Origin: Octopus vulgaris
Lineage: Eukaryota
Length of the DNA: 64,000 nucleotides
Direction of reading: 5' to 3'
Assembly (NCBI GenBank): GCA_951406725.2
Contig: OX597824.1
Location: 55,738,001 to 55,802,000, forward strand
The position numbers and the translations under genes are program-made. Every line of letters begins with the position of its first letter. The stretch's first letter is position 1. The notes under the pieces are model-generated. The model was not told the origin of the DNA. It ran no database searches and saw only the letters and a list, made by a program, of their open reading frames with translations. Below, one piece after another: positions 50,340 to 62,820 of the stretch.

Positions 50340-50670
50340 AATGAATCTACCCCAGGCCTTATTTTTGTTAAGCCTGGTGCTGATTCTTTTGGTCACTTTT
50401 TGCTGAACTGCTAAGTTACCGAGATGTAAACACGTAAACACCAGTTGTCAAGCATTTGTGGGTGACAACCACTTACACAAAGACACACACATAGATATAT
50501 GTAAATATACATATATGACTGGCTTCTTTCAGTTTCTGTCTACCCTATCTACTCACAAGGTTGGCCCAAGGTTATAGTAGAGGATACTTGCCCAAAATGC
50601 CACACAATGGGACTGAATCTGGAACCATGTGGTTGGGAAGCAGGCTTCTTCTTGCACAGCCATGCATGTG
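50340..50670 (-). mobile_element. diverged SINE copy
   Basis: Homologous to 14-415. Confidence 0.75.
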
Positions 50671-50822
50671 CCTATTGCCACACCTATCTAAAATTCCAAT
50701 TGTAACATCTATGTTATCATGTTGATTCAACCTTCAATATTCCAAGAAAGGATTTACCAAATTTGTCCTTCATATCTCCTTTCTTTGTGTTGCATAGGTT
50801 TGTATCACTGAACACATGTAAA

Positions 50823-50862
<40 letters not shown>

Positions 50863-50889
50863 TGTGTGTGTGTCTGTGTCTGTGTGTGT

Positions 50890-50941
<52 letters not shown>

Positions 50942-51660
50942 TTAAAGTCACAGTTGTCTTTTTTCTATTTAACAAAATGTCAATGAAAAAAAGAAGACAA
51001 TAAAGAAGAGGAACAACAACAACAGCATTAATAATGACAACAACCAGATCAACCGCAGCAGCAACAGTGGCAACAACAGCAGCAGCAACATCAGCAACAA
51101 GCACAGCAGCAGAAGCACTAAGATCATGATATTACTGAATCAGTGATGCTTTAGTTACAGTTTCTATGGCAATTAAGCAAACAGACCGAACAGAATAGTA
51201 AATAAAGAAGAATAACAATAACTACATAAATATAACTATGCTTAAAATGAATTTGAGAGAAAGGAAGGAAGGAAGGAAAAATTAAGCAAGGAGACAAAGG
51301 AAGAAAGGAAGAAAAATAGAAAGAAAAAAAGAATGGCAGGTGGGAATGAATGGACGAATGAAGGAAGGAAGGAAGGAAGGAAGGAAGGAAGGAAGGAAGG
51401 AAGGACAGAAGGAAAGAAGGAAGGAAGGAAGGAATTGTGTGTTGTTGGAAGAAATACTGATCAATCCTCTCTAGCCAGTGTCAATGGCAGAGAACTTTAG
51501 GAGTAAACACATTTAATGGCAATGGGGAATGATTTATTTACCAATTTTTATACTGAAACACATTTTTTGACAAGGATGTTTCTCACTGAGAAGACCAAAT
51601 CTGATCAAAACATTGGTGTCTTATGATCCACTAACAGCATTCTGTGTATTTTAAACTCAC

Positions 51661-51681
51661 AAATCTCTTTGTGGAGTTTCT
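51661..51681 (-). other. candidate 21-nt microexon of an unseen host gene
   Basis: Minus: TACTAGC..TATTATTTTGTTTCAG|AGAAACTCCACAAAGAGATTT|GTGAGT; open in all three frames. Confidence 0.3.
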
Positions 51682-52022
51682 CTGAAACAAAATAATATTA
51701 CAGCTAGTACTATTCCTAGTTTGTATATCCCACCTCACACCTCCATGCATTCTCCTACAACACACAGTATTCACTCCTAAAAACACATACAATGCACATG
51801 CACACAACACATCTGAACACAGACAATATACACATGTACACAGCACACATAAACATACACAGTATACATGCACACTATAGGATCACACACACATACACGC
51901 GCGTGCGCACACACACCTCACGCACTATTTATACCCCCTCCCAGAGGATGTAAACAAACAAACACTAATTCTCAAGTGGTGGTGATACACACACACAAAC
52001 ACACACACACACACACACACAA

Positions 52023-52899
52023 GTACGTGGTCTGATCAAAAGTATCCAGACTGTTGCCATAGTAATGAAACTAAAGCACACAGAGTGAAGCTGCTTGGCA
52101 AAAGATTGACCTTGAACTCTGCTGTGCACATGCACTAAGTTTTAACATTCTAGCTCACTTCCACTGTTTACAGCAGTGCTTGGAAGTAATGTGCGTAACG
52201 TGTGATTGTCACATTGACCATGACAGAGAAAGTTGAGCAGAGAATGTGCATCAAATTTTGCTAAAAGCTTGGTGATACCTGCTTCATAGGCCCACACAAA
52301 GTTTTCATCGTTCTCAACACAATCAAGGAGATCTTGTGCAACTGAAACCCGAGTGTCTTTTTGGTCAGCTGAAAGTGGTTTTGGCACAAACTTGGCAGAC
52401 ATGCATCATATACCCAAATCTTCAATGATAATGGACTGAACTGAACCATAACTAATCTGCACATTCTCTGATAGCTCACAGATGGTGATTCGATGATTTC
52501 CCCTGACAGTTGCACACCCATCTGCAATGGCTTTCTCATTTCTGCTAGTTATGGGTCTCCCAGAATGTTCAATACAATTGACATTTTTTGGCCATGTTGG
52601 AAATATCTGAACCGCTCGTACACTTCTGTATGGCTCATACACTCCTCTCCATACACTTTCTGCAACTTTGCGTAGGCCTCTGAGCAGGTATTGCAATGAC
52701 AACTTTTTCTGTCATGGTCAATCAAACGTTAGACACGTTACAAGCACTGGTATAAACGGAGGAAGTGAGCTAGAATGTTAAAACTTATTGTGCATGCACA
52801 GCAGAGATCAAAGTCAATCTCTGGCAGGCAGCTTCACTCTGCATGCTTTAGCTTCGTTACTATGGCAACATCCCAGATACTTATTGATCAGACCTCATA
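52023..52899. mobile_element. Mariner foldback derivative made of two 5' ends
   Basis: About 200-bp inverted arms (52023-52232 / 52703-52899); minus-strand transposase N-terminus (HSGRPITSR, SAKFVPKPLS). Confidence 0.75.
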
Positions 52900-52919
52900 T
52901 ATTTATATATATATATTAA

Positions 52920-53375
52920 CATCCCTCCTCCCCAAACCTCACCCCACATTACCTTCCCAGTTTTCAGAGTTGGCACACTGAAAGGTAGGTCTAGTGAGAT
53001 TGTAGAGATGCTTGAAAGGAGACGGGTTGGTGTATGCTGCATACAAGAGGTCAGATGGAGAGGAGCTTCAGCTAGGGTCCTCACAGGCAAGGCACATAGG
53101 TATAAAGTCTTCTGGCAAGGTAACATGGATGATGTAGGGGGTGTTGGCATACTCCTTGCGGAGAAATGGGTGGATAAGGTCATAGAAATTGTCAGGGTAT
53201 GTGATATGGGTGCTTAAGCTCAGGTTAGTCCTACAGAACAGCACAGCTACAATTATCTCCGCCTACGCTCCACATGCAGGGCTACCAAATGATCAGAATG
53301 ACCACTTTTATGATACCCTTCTGCAGGCTACCTCAAAGAAGGTGGCCATGGTATTGGCACCCGAAACGATGAGGG
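52920..53375 (+). mobile_element. RTE LINE AP-endonuclease fragment
   Basis: CCIQEVRWRG, GGVGILLAEKW, IISAYAP. Confidence 0.8.
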
Positions 53376-53382
53376 GACTAGT

Positions 53383-54316
53383 TATTTGATTGCAGACCTC
53401 GTTTCAGTCTTTTTATTATCACTGGGTCACACATAATCCCCACATGGTAACATTGATTTCAAGGCCTTCCCGGTGTTATGGCGGGGAGTAAGTCTGAGTA
53501 GTATACGTCTGAGTACGACGAAGACCACAAGTGTGTGTGTCCGTGTGTTATCGACGAGGCACGAAGTGGCGAGTTCTGGGGCGAGTTCTCGGTATCTGGT
53601 TATTCAAAGACATTTGTAGAATGTATATTTATTCTGTCCAGTTACGTATCAGTATAGTGGTCATTTGCAAACTCCAACTTTCATTTCTCCTTAGCCCTCA
53701 CGTCACACAGTTGTTAATATTTATTTCAGTTGGGTCACGCCCTTCCAATTGCTATAGATTCATAATGCATCTTACGGCTATGCCTGTCACCTGCATGGTG
53801 AGGAATCCTACATTGGGAGTGGTAAAGACTAGGGTACTATAGCTGACTGTTTATTGTGATCATTTGTCTTTTGGTTTCCAGTAGCTTTGCTCTCTTTTAC
53901 AAACCCAGTGAACATATATTTCCTATTTCAAAGAAATTCAAACAATAGATATAAGACCCAAGTTAAAAAGATTCTCAACAATTCAACTTCTTTGGTTGAC
54001 ATTAAGATGCCCACCCCAAACAGGGGCCTTAACTCTCACATTTTAGAGCTCCATGACCTTCATTTTTCAGGAGCAAAATCCTTTTAACAGGTTCTATAAG
54101 ACTGGAATTTTGGAATATGCACATAAAAATCAGTAGTATGGGATACACGTGGCATGATTACAATTTTGTTTGGGTGTGTAAAGAGGGAAATAACCCTTAT
54201 CTGCAATTTTGATGAAATTCGAAACATAGGTATGCCAGTTCATTACAGAAAATATAACAGAAAAGTCTAACTCTTCAATTGTATGTAACTCGGACAACGC
54301 CGGGTAACTCTGCTAG
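53383..54316 (+). mobile_element. non-autonomous Helitron-like repeat; inverted second copy at about 62878-63592
   Basis: High similarity between the two copies; 3' hairpin CTCGGACAACGCCGGG plus CTAG before (TA)n. Confidence 0.7.
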
Positions 54317-54338
54317 TATATATATATATATATATATA

Positions 54339-54686
54339 TGACATTTTTTTTTCCACTACAACATGAGTGTTCTATACATTTTAACTCCAGGAAAACGTCT
54401 TTTCCAGCTGGTTAATGACACACAACCTATGTCCAATATATTATGAGTAAGGGAATGAATCACTCTAGCAAGTAGGTATCCAGTACCAATGATGACTAAA
54501 GACTCAGAAGCCATGGTCTACTGGCCTTGCCAAGCTGGAGGAGAGTGATTTGTTCCCTTACTCATAATATATCAGACACAGGTTGTGTGTCATTAACCAG
54601 CTGGAAAAGATGATTTCCTGGAGTTAAAATGTAGTAAGACAGCTCTGTATGGAGCAGCTATGTTATAGTAGTAAAAAAAATGTTAC
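54339..54686. repeat. foldback / MITE-like inverted repeat
   Basis: 54339-54466 is the reverse complement of 54542-54686. Confidence 0.75.
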
Positions 54687-55052
54687 TGTCTAGTATTGTT
54701 ACTACTTATATCTCATTTAAACATTTCAGAACTAGCTACTTTTCTTGTTATGAGATCAGCTGTTATTTGCCACTTCTCTGTTTATACATTATGAGTGTGG
54801 ACAATTGGTTGCCATCTCTAGCTGGCAAGTATCCAGTACTGATGATGGTTATAATGGAAGGCAATGTTTATGATATTGGGAGAATATCGCTTTCTTCCAT
54901 TATCTCCTTTTGTTCTTCATGTAGTTCAGGCTCCAGCTGGAGAAGAGAGAAGACTTCAAGTACAAATGCAATCTACAACTGGTTTATTTACAAGTTTCAC
55001 AGGATAGGTGAAGTGTGCTGCTCTCAGCAGCCATCTTTTGCTGTGTGCATTG

Positions 55053-58000
55053 TGTAGTAGCTCCATTAGTGCGGGCACATTGCCCCCGGAGGTACAACAT
55101 ACAGACAGGTCAAGCTAATGGAGTGCACTCAGCAAGCGCTGCTGCTTAGAGGCGTAAAGAAGAGGTGGCAAAAGAGAGAAAGAATCTCAATCTGTTTTGC
55201 CCTTATATACAGTTTGCCATCTCGAGCCTCATTGTAATCTCGCGCATGGCAAATGGATGTAGGTGAGGTCTCGTTCCAGTCTCGGACATAGCAATGGCTG
55301 CTGTGAGATCTCATCCAATATGGTGCTGACTGCTTGTGTCGCTACAAGGGCTCTCCCCTGAGTGCGGAAGTGCGAAAACAGAATAATTGGATCAAGTACA
55401 AGAAAGAGCAAAGACGGTAAACTGATCGCAACCAACAAGATATTGTACAAAATTGTGACAAGTCAAATAGAAAAATAATTGCAAGAAATATAAATTGGCA
55501 TGCACAAAATTTGACAAAATGTTCAATGGCAGAGTATTGGAACTGTCCAGTAACACAAGAAAGCAACTGTCTGTCACAGGAAACACAAAAGAGATTGTCA
55601 GATATAAATAGTTTTAGTGGGGTTTTTAGGCCAATGCACAGTGCGGCCTGTCCTGGTGACATAGGGTTTGTTCGTGTTAGGTTGTGGTGAAGAAGGTGGA
55701 GGTGTAGGTGATGGTGTGGTCAAAGGTGTATGTGCAGGTGGATGTGTAGGTGGTTGTAAAGGATCAAATTTGGGTGTGTTTGGGGTGTCATCGAAGGGTG
55801 TGGACACCTCAGAATGTGCCCTTTTAAGTCTATCGACCGAACCGGTCTCTGCCTGACCATCTATGTCGAGACTAAAAGTTTTGGGTGCGTGCGATAGCAC
55901 ATGAAATGGTCCCTTATAAGGAGAAAGGAGAGGTCCTCTGACAGAATCATCCTGAACAAAAGCATGAGTCCATTTGTCAATATCTGATGGGATGTGAGAG
56001 GGAATAGACTGGTCACGCAGATGCATGGGAGGAAGACTTCAGAAATACGAGCGATGTCTGGTGACATAAGACATTGGATCAGGAGGCGATGAGTTGTCTG
56101 GCACTAACATTTTGCCAGGGAGTGCCAGGGTGGTACGATAAAGGAGTTCAGCAGAGGAGAAACCTAAGTCTGCTTTAACAGCAGTGGGACAACCAAGAAG
56201 AACAATAGGCAGAAATTCTGTCCAAGTGGCACGTAGGGTGGCCTTCAGTTGCCTGTGAAAAGGTTCAACCATCCCATTGAAGGCTGTGTGGTAACTGGTC
56301 GTACATATGTGATGAACTCCTAGGACTCATGATAATTCAGGAAATAGGGAAGCCTTGAACTGGCGTCCACGATCAGTGGTTATTTTAGCAGGGACATCAA
56401 AACGAGCAATCCAGTTAGAAATGAAAGCTCAAGCAACTGATTCAGTGGAAATGTCCTCTATTGGAACGGCCTCTGGTCAACGAGAGAAATGATCGACGTA
56501 TTTCAATATGTAAGAGAAACCGTGACTAACAGGCCATGGTCCAACCAAATCGATGTGGACATGGTGAAAGCGAGTCTCCAGAGGAGAAAACTATCCAAGA
56601 GGAGCGCGAATATGCCTGTGGATTTTAGAACGGTGGCACTTTACACAAGAGCGTGCCCAATCGGTGATCATCCGGCGCATATTAGGCCAGAAAAACTGAG
56701 CTGTAATAAGCTTCACCAAGGCAGCGATGCCAAGATGTGACAGTGAATGCAAGGCATCAAACACACAGCGCTGGTGGTTCTCAGGTACAAACGGTCTGGG
56801 AGAACCAGTAGCTGTGTCACAAAGAATGGTGCCTTCAGCAGTCGGTAGTGGGAGATACGCAAACTTGCAACTGGACAACTTGGTAGAAGCTAAATCCAAA
56901 GTATCCAGAGCTGGCTGATCCTGCGCAAAGGCAGTTAAATCGATTGCAGCAGGAGATGAAAGGGAGCACACAGGAAGACGAGAGAGTGCATCAGCAGGCA
57001 CATTCTCTGTTCCAGGTATGTGCCGAATGTCACTCGTGAACTGGGAAATGTGGTCCAGGTGATGAAAAGCACGAGGCGAGTGTTTGTCCGATTTAGATGA
57101 CAGAGCAAATGTAAGAGGCTTGTGATCAGTATAAATCACAAAATCTCAGCCCTTGAGTTGATGTTGAAAATGACGAACTGACAGGTAGATCGGCAAGACC
57201 TCATAATCAAATGTACTGTACTGACATTCAGCTGGCTTTAATTGATGAAAAAAACACCAAAAGTTTAGTCTGATTGTCTACGGTGTGCTGCAAAACCGCC
57301 AACCACAGAATCTGATGCATCAATGGTTAAAGAGAGAGGAGCATTGGGAACCAGATGTGCAAGCAAAGGGACAGAAGCTATTTCCTTCTTGATTGACTCA
57401 AAAGCAGATAATGCCTCGGCATATAAAGTAATAGGAGAATTCTTTTTTGTATTTGCTTTCAATAGCGGAGTCAAGGGAAGTAACTTGCCTGCACAATCAT
57501 GATTGAAGTGTCTGTAGAAGTTGACGACTCCCAAAAAATGGCAGAGTTGGCGTAGTGAAGTGGGGGATGTGATGCACTGAATTGCATTGACTTTGGAAGA
57601 GAGAGGTCTGATCCCATTGGAGTCGATATAATGCCCCAGAAATTCCAGAGAAGATTGCCCGAAAACACACTTATCGGGGTTGATTCTCACATTGTAGACA
57701 CGAAGACACTGAAAGAGTTGATTTAAGTGTTGGAGGTGATTCTCACGTGTGTCGCTTGCAATGAGTATGTCATCAACGTAAGCGAACACAAAATCAAGTC
57801 CACGGACAAGTTCATCGAAAAATCTTTGGAACGTGATTGTGGCGTTCCGCAGACCGAAGCTCATAAAAAGGAGTAGTGATGGCAGTTTTTGGTATATCCT
57901 CAGGATTGACCGGTATTTGATGATAGGCACGAACAAGGTCGACCTTAGAAAAAATAGAACAACCATGTAAATAGAGAAGTCCTGGAGAATTCTTATGGGA

Positions 58001-59470
58001 TAGCGATCGGGAACAGTGACCGCATTCAAACCTCTGTAATCCCCCACTGGGTGAAAATCAGAATCCCCTTTTCGTGCCAAATGAAGGGGAGATGCCCAAG
58101 GGCTGGTGGAGGGGCGAATAAGGCCAAGCTGGAGCATATGCTCAAACTTGGACCTAGCCTTCTTAAGACAGTCAGGAGCACATCGCCGCAGGCGTGAAAA
58201 GACAGGTGGTCCAGTGGTGGTAATATAGTGGAGAGTCAAGTGAGTAGGTTTCGCCATTTGGAATAGCTGATCCACCAGCTCTGGGAAAGAAGCTAAGAGT
58301 GAATGAAATGCATCACCAGCAGTGGAAACAAAAAAGGAGTGAGAACAGCATTGGTAGTGGCCTTTGCAGGTGTAGACAAAGACATAGAACCATCGACAAG
58401 TCTCTGTCACCTGACATCTACCAATAGATTAAAATTGTTAAAATAAGTCTGCACCCAGAATAGGATGTAGAAGATCAGCTATGATAAAAATCCACCCAAA
58501 ATCCTGGCGAAGATTAATGTCAATATTTAATGAAATTTGACCATAAGTCGCAATGGAAGACCAATTGACCATGTGCAAGGTGATCTCTGAGCACTTTGGC
58601 TTGTCTGTAGTGAGACGCAAAGGCCAAATAGAACAACTAGAACCTGTGTCAACCATAAACGCCTGATTGGACATATGGTCCTTCACAAAAAATGCACGAT
58701 TTGAGTTTGATTGGCCGGAAGTGCTGGACATGCTCAAGCCCTCCATAGGTCGTTTCCCACCAACTGAAAAGAACAAGGCTGAATGCCTTTGCAGGCTTTA
58801 TGCTGAAACCTGGTGTGGTACCAACAAAGACCAGAACTAGATGAAGAGGAATCAGTCAAGCGTGAATGGGACTGACTTCAACTGAGATGGCGCAAAGAGT
58901 TGGAGTGCCCTCCCCAAAGCACATTCATTCAGCATGTTAAGGAGGCAAGTTTATCCAAATTATCATCCTTGTGATGAGGAAGATGCAGCGGAGGAAACCT
59001 CTGAGCAGGAGCAGACATGGCAAGGTGCTGGCTGGATAGCAAACTCTAAAATCTATCAGCCATGGTGTTGGTATCAACTGCTATGGCTAAGATGGTTTGC
59101 ACATTGGGAGGTAGCCGGGAGAAGAAAAGCTTCCGTAAAAGCGAGTTGTCCTCAGTCATGTTGCTGAATTCACAGAGGCACCATAAAAATTGAGACGGCA
59201 TCATGTCTTCTAACTCCTCATCTTGCATTAGCTGTTTAAGCTTAGACTCCACGGATTTAGTGTTCCATCGGAGCACCTCGGATTTGACTACCTCGTAGGT
59301 CGCATCTGGGTGAGGATCAGTGATGAGACCCCTGACTGAAGTAGCAAGTGGTGCAGGAATGCTACAAAAGAGAAGATTTAACTGTTACTGCGAAGATACA
59401 GCATGTGCCACAAAAAATACACTTCCAACTGAACAAACCAAAGCGTGACGTCACAGTGAAATGAGGAAGA
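55053..59470 (-). mobile_element. Ty3/Gypsy LTR retrotransposon (CsRn1-like), decayed, 5' LTR missing
   Basis: gag with CWYH..C..PC knuckle, protease MVDTGSS, RT (SPWASPLH, FAYVDDILIAS), RNase H (TDHKPL, NVPADALSR), integrase and PYKGPF; PPT AGGGGAGAGCCCT followed by 3' LTR TGTAG..CTACA at 55053-55346. Confidence 0.92.
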
Positions 59471-60294
59471 TTAGGTGAACTAGTTTTTTTGTTTTTTTTT
59501 TCTTTCAGAGAAGAGAAATGGATCAAAAATCTGACAAAGTGTTGTTGGAAATAGTAGCGTGTGTGCAAGAAAAAAATCCAGAGAGGTGGGGAGAGAATGG
59601 AAAAGGCGGTGAGATTACCAATATAAGAGGAGAGAGGGGGAAGGGCAACTGGATGTCCAGTTAGAGAAAGGAAATTTCTGGTATTGGTGGTGGGGGCGGG
59701 AAAGGGTAGGCACAAACATGGACAAGAGAGGATCATTTTAGGGAGCAGAGCAAACAAGAAAGAATTATTTTAGAGAAAAATACGAAATATATATATATAT
59801 ATACATGAAGCCAAGAAACAAGGTTAGTCATTTTAGGGGCAGAACAAACAAGAAAGTAATTATTTTAGAGAATAGATGGGTTTGAATGAATGAGGAGATT
59901 AAAAACAAGAAAAATTCTTAGCTTAGGTGTTCATATCATCAAATGGCCAAACACATGGAATAAACTGATGAAAGTCTGAGAGGGTGGGGAACAAGTGTGG
60001 AGGCGACAGCCAGAAATGGACAAAGATGGCAGATTTCACCCAAGGGAGAAAGAGAAACAGCAGTAAGTAACCATTGCAGCCAGGAACAACAGAGATATGG
60101 ACAGGAAAGAAATTATTTTAGAGAATGGTACAAAATACGTATATATGTTGTCAAGAAACAAGGGAAGAGGGAGAGATTACAATTTGGAAGTTATTTGATG
60201 AATTAATATAAACGTTTACAAATACAACCACAGACAAGAGAGGGTCATTTTAGGGAGCAGAGCAAACAAGAAAGAATTAGTGTGTGTGTGTGTG

Positions 60295-60328
<34 letters not shown>

Positions 60329-60407
60329 CATTGATAACGAAGAGGAGAGTGGAGATTTTATTCACAGCCAAAAATTTCATTAAAGTTTTCTACAGCATAT
60401 TCATCTG

Positions 60408-60488
60408 ACCTACATGTTTCAACTGCAGTGACTGCACATTACTTTGTATGCAAATATGCATTCTAGTCATTGCAATTTCATCAAGGGT
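60408..60488 (-). ncRNA. type I minimal hammerhead motif
   Basis: Minus: ACCC-TTGATGA-AATTGCAATGACT...AGTCACTGCAGTT-GAAA-CATG-TA-GGT; about 80 nt before (TA)n. Confidence 0.6.
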
Positions 60489-60729
60489 TCATCAATCACA
60501 TACATACGTATATATCACACACATGAAAGATGGCAAAATGTACAAGTATGAATACCACCTATACATACACATATTATAAGAAAATAGACAAGAAATAAAT
60601 AAAAATGAAAATGGGAAATAAAAGAAGGAAAAATAGAAAAGATAAAATAAGATAAAATGGAAAAAAATGAAATAATAGAATAATCAATTACAATTGATAA
60701 ATAAGAGATATGAAAAATACATGAATAGG

Positions 60730-60930
60730 AACAGGCATTGCTGTGTGATAAAAAGTTTGCTTCCCAATCATATGATTCTGGGTTCAGTCTCTCTGTATGG
60801 CACCTTGGGCAAGTGTCTTCTACTATAACCCCAAACCAACCAAAACCTTATGAGTAGTTTGGTTGGTGAAAACTGAAAGAAGCCTGCTGTATATAAATGT
60901 ATATGTTTGTGTGTCTTTGTGTTTGCCACC
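60730..60930 (+). mobile_element. diverged SINE 5' half
   Basis: GGGTTCAGTC..GGCACCTTGGGCAAGTGTCTTCTACTATA. Confidence 0.7.
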
Positions 60931-61373
60931 CACACCACCATCACTTACAGGCACATACTCTTGCATATCAGTCTTACATCAACCAGAAATATCCAAGACA
61001 AATACATCAAGGTATAATAGTGGAGTATGTTTACTGAACATCATAAAGAAATTAATTTCATCTTTTAGTTATATTGTCCAAAAGTAATTATATAAGAAAG
61101 TCATTCTCATGCTGTGAGGTCACCTCATCAGTATCTCATCAATTATATTAATATTTTCTTTACATTTCATAAATTCATCTATTTCAAGGAAACATCTTAT
61201 CATTATCTTTGTAAGGCTTGGCATCTCATACTGTTGACCAGGTGATTGAATAATCTCTACCCTAACATTTGAGTTTCCATACCATATTCATTGATTATTT
61301 TCTTATATGTGTGTATTTTGATATATATGTGTGAGTGTGTACAGATATGTATGTGAATATATATACGTATATA

Positions 61374-61881
61374 CCGTACATCCTCGAGTATAATCCGCAT
61401 CTTTTCCCCAAAATTTAAAGGTCAAAATCCCTAGTGCGTACAATATACGAGGTTAAAAATGAAAAATATTTTCTAAGCAATGTCCAAGTCTCTATTTGCT
61501 GTCCGGCAATGTTTATTCAGGCACATTTTGTGATATCGGACGCTAAAATACATTAAGCTAAGCCTGAAAGCAATGAAGTCATAAAAGAATCATCCATAAG
61601 CAATATTTATTAAACGTTATTACTGTTATTACTGTTATTTCTTTATTTTCTGCAAACAGAATGCACAAAAAAGCTACACATTTGCATTATGTTATATATA
61701 TACAATAATAATAAAGGACATTACCATATACATTTTTACAAACCAAGGATGTTATATAGACCTCCTTGACTCAAGTTAGAGAAGGGGTGTTATACACAAG
61801 GTTTAAGTTTTTCTGAGGTACAGCCCCTAAAAATCCCCTGCCTCTTATACTCAAGGGTTGACTATACTCGAGGATTTACAG
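61374..61881. mobile_element. pogo/Tigger-like MITE
   Basis: TIR CCGTACATCCTCGAGTATA / TATACTCGAGGATTTACAG; TA TSD. Confidence 0.75.
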
Positions 61882-62019
61882 TATATGAACTGGAGATTTT
61901 TTTTAAAATCTATTATGTCACACACATATTTTTAATATATTTATTTACTTAGAGATTTTTTTAAAATGTCTATGTATTTATATATTTTTAATGTATCATG
62001 TATACTTATTCTTTAAATT

Positions 62020-62820
62020 TGTAGTGACACTATTTTTGGAAGTTTTCAACGCTCATGCGCAAAGTTGGATTACTTCTGGTAGGCCACCGGAAGTTCCCTC
62101 ATGCGCATGCGTAGAGAACTGCAAACTGAAAGCATTCCTGCTAAATCTGTCTTTTTGAATCAGCAACCCTACCGAGTGGACGTGACCAACCTTCTCAGAG
62201 GGAAAACCCTACATATAGAGAAGCTCTCTTCTAAGCAGGAACGGAGACGGTAATTTTGGCTCACATAAGTGAACATTTGTGAAGAGTCTTGTGGACTTGG
62301 CTACTGGTTCACCCTTAAGGAAAATATATGTGTATATATTTTTATTTGCGAAACCCGGAAAATAAAGTATTATTTATTGCTATTGAAGACAGTTGGATTT
62401 TATTTCTCCCTTTGACAATTGTATGTGACAAGATAAGACAGATACCCCTCAAGTGTTCTTGAGACCTTCATCTTGTTACAATTGGTGACCCTGTCGTGAT
62501 TCGAACACGCAGCCTTCTGATCTGGAGTCAGACTGTGTTCTTATTTTTAAAATCTTCCGCCCATGGTTTCCAGGTAACAATCTCCACCCTCTCATGTCCC
62601 ACTGGATATAGACACTTGGACACAGGTTTTTGTTCGAGATGACTCTGTCAAGGGACCTCTTGTTTCTCCTTATAAAGGACCTTTCTGTGTGCTTTCTCGC
62701 ACACCCAAAGTTTTCACCATCGAAATGAATTGTCATACGGAGATCGTTTCAGTGGACCGACTAAAAAAAACACATTTTGAGGTGTCTACATCTCTTGATG
62801 ACACCGCTGCCACACCCACT
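62020..62820 (+). mobile_element. internally deleted Gypsy derivative: LTR (62020-62480), tRNA-Trp PBS, integrase C-terminal remnant
   Basis: TGTAG...TTACA termini, AATAAA at 62361, TGGTGACC.. PBS, then sequence homologous to the integrase tail at 55790-56010. Confidence 0.8.
62483..62533 (-). pseudogene. 3' two-thirds of tRNA-Trp(CCA) including the encoded CCA end (extended PBS)
   Basis: Minus: GTCTGA CTCCAGA TCAGA AGGCT GCGTG TTCGAAT CACGA CAGGGTCA CCA. Confidence 0.85.

Noticed and set aside
54680-55057. 125-aa ORF
   Set aside because: No homologous motif; lies among MITE and LTR-like debris
59730-60280. Three copies of TCATTTTAGGG(A)GCAGA(G)CAAACAAGAAAG
   Set aside because: Diverged internal repeats in purine-rich low-complexity sequence, irregular spacing, no structure seen
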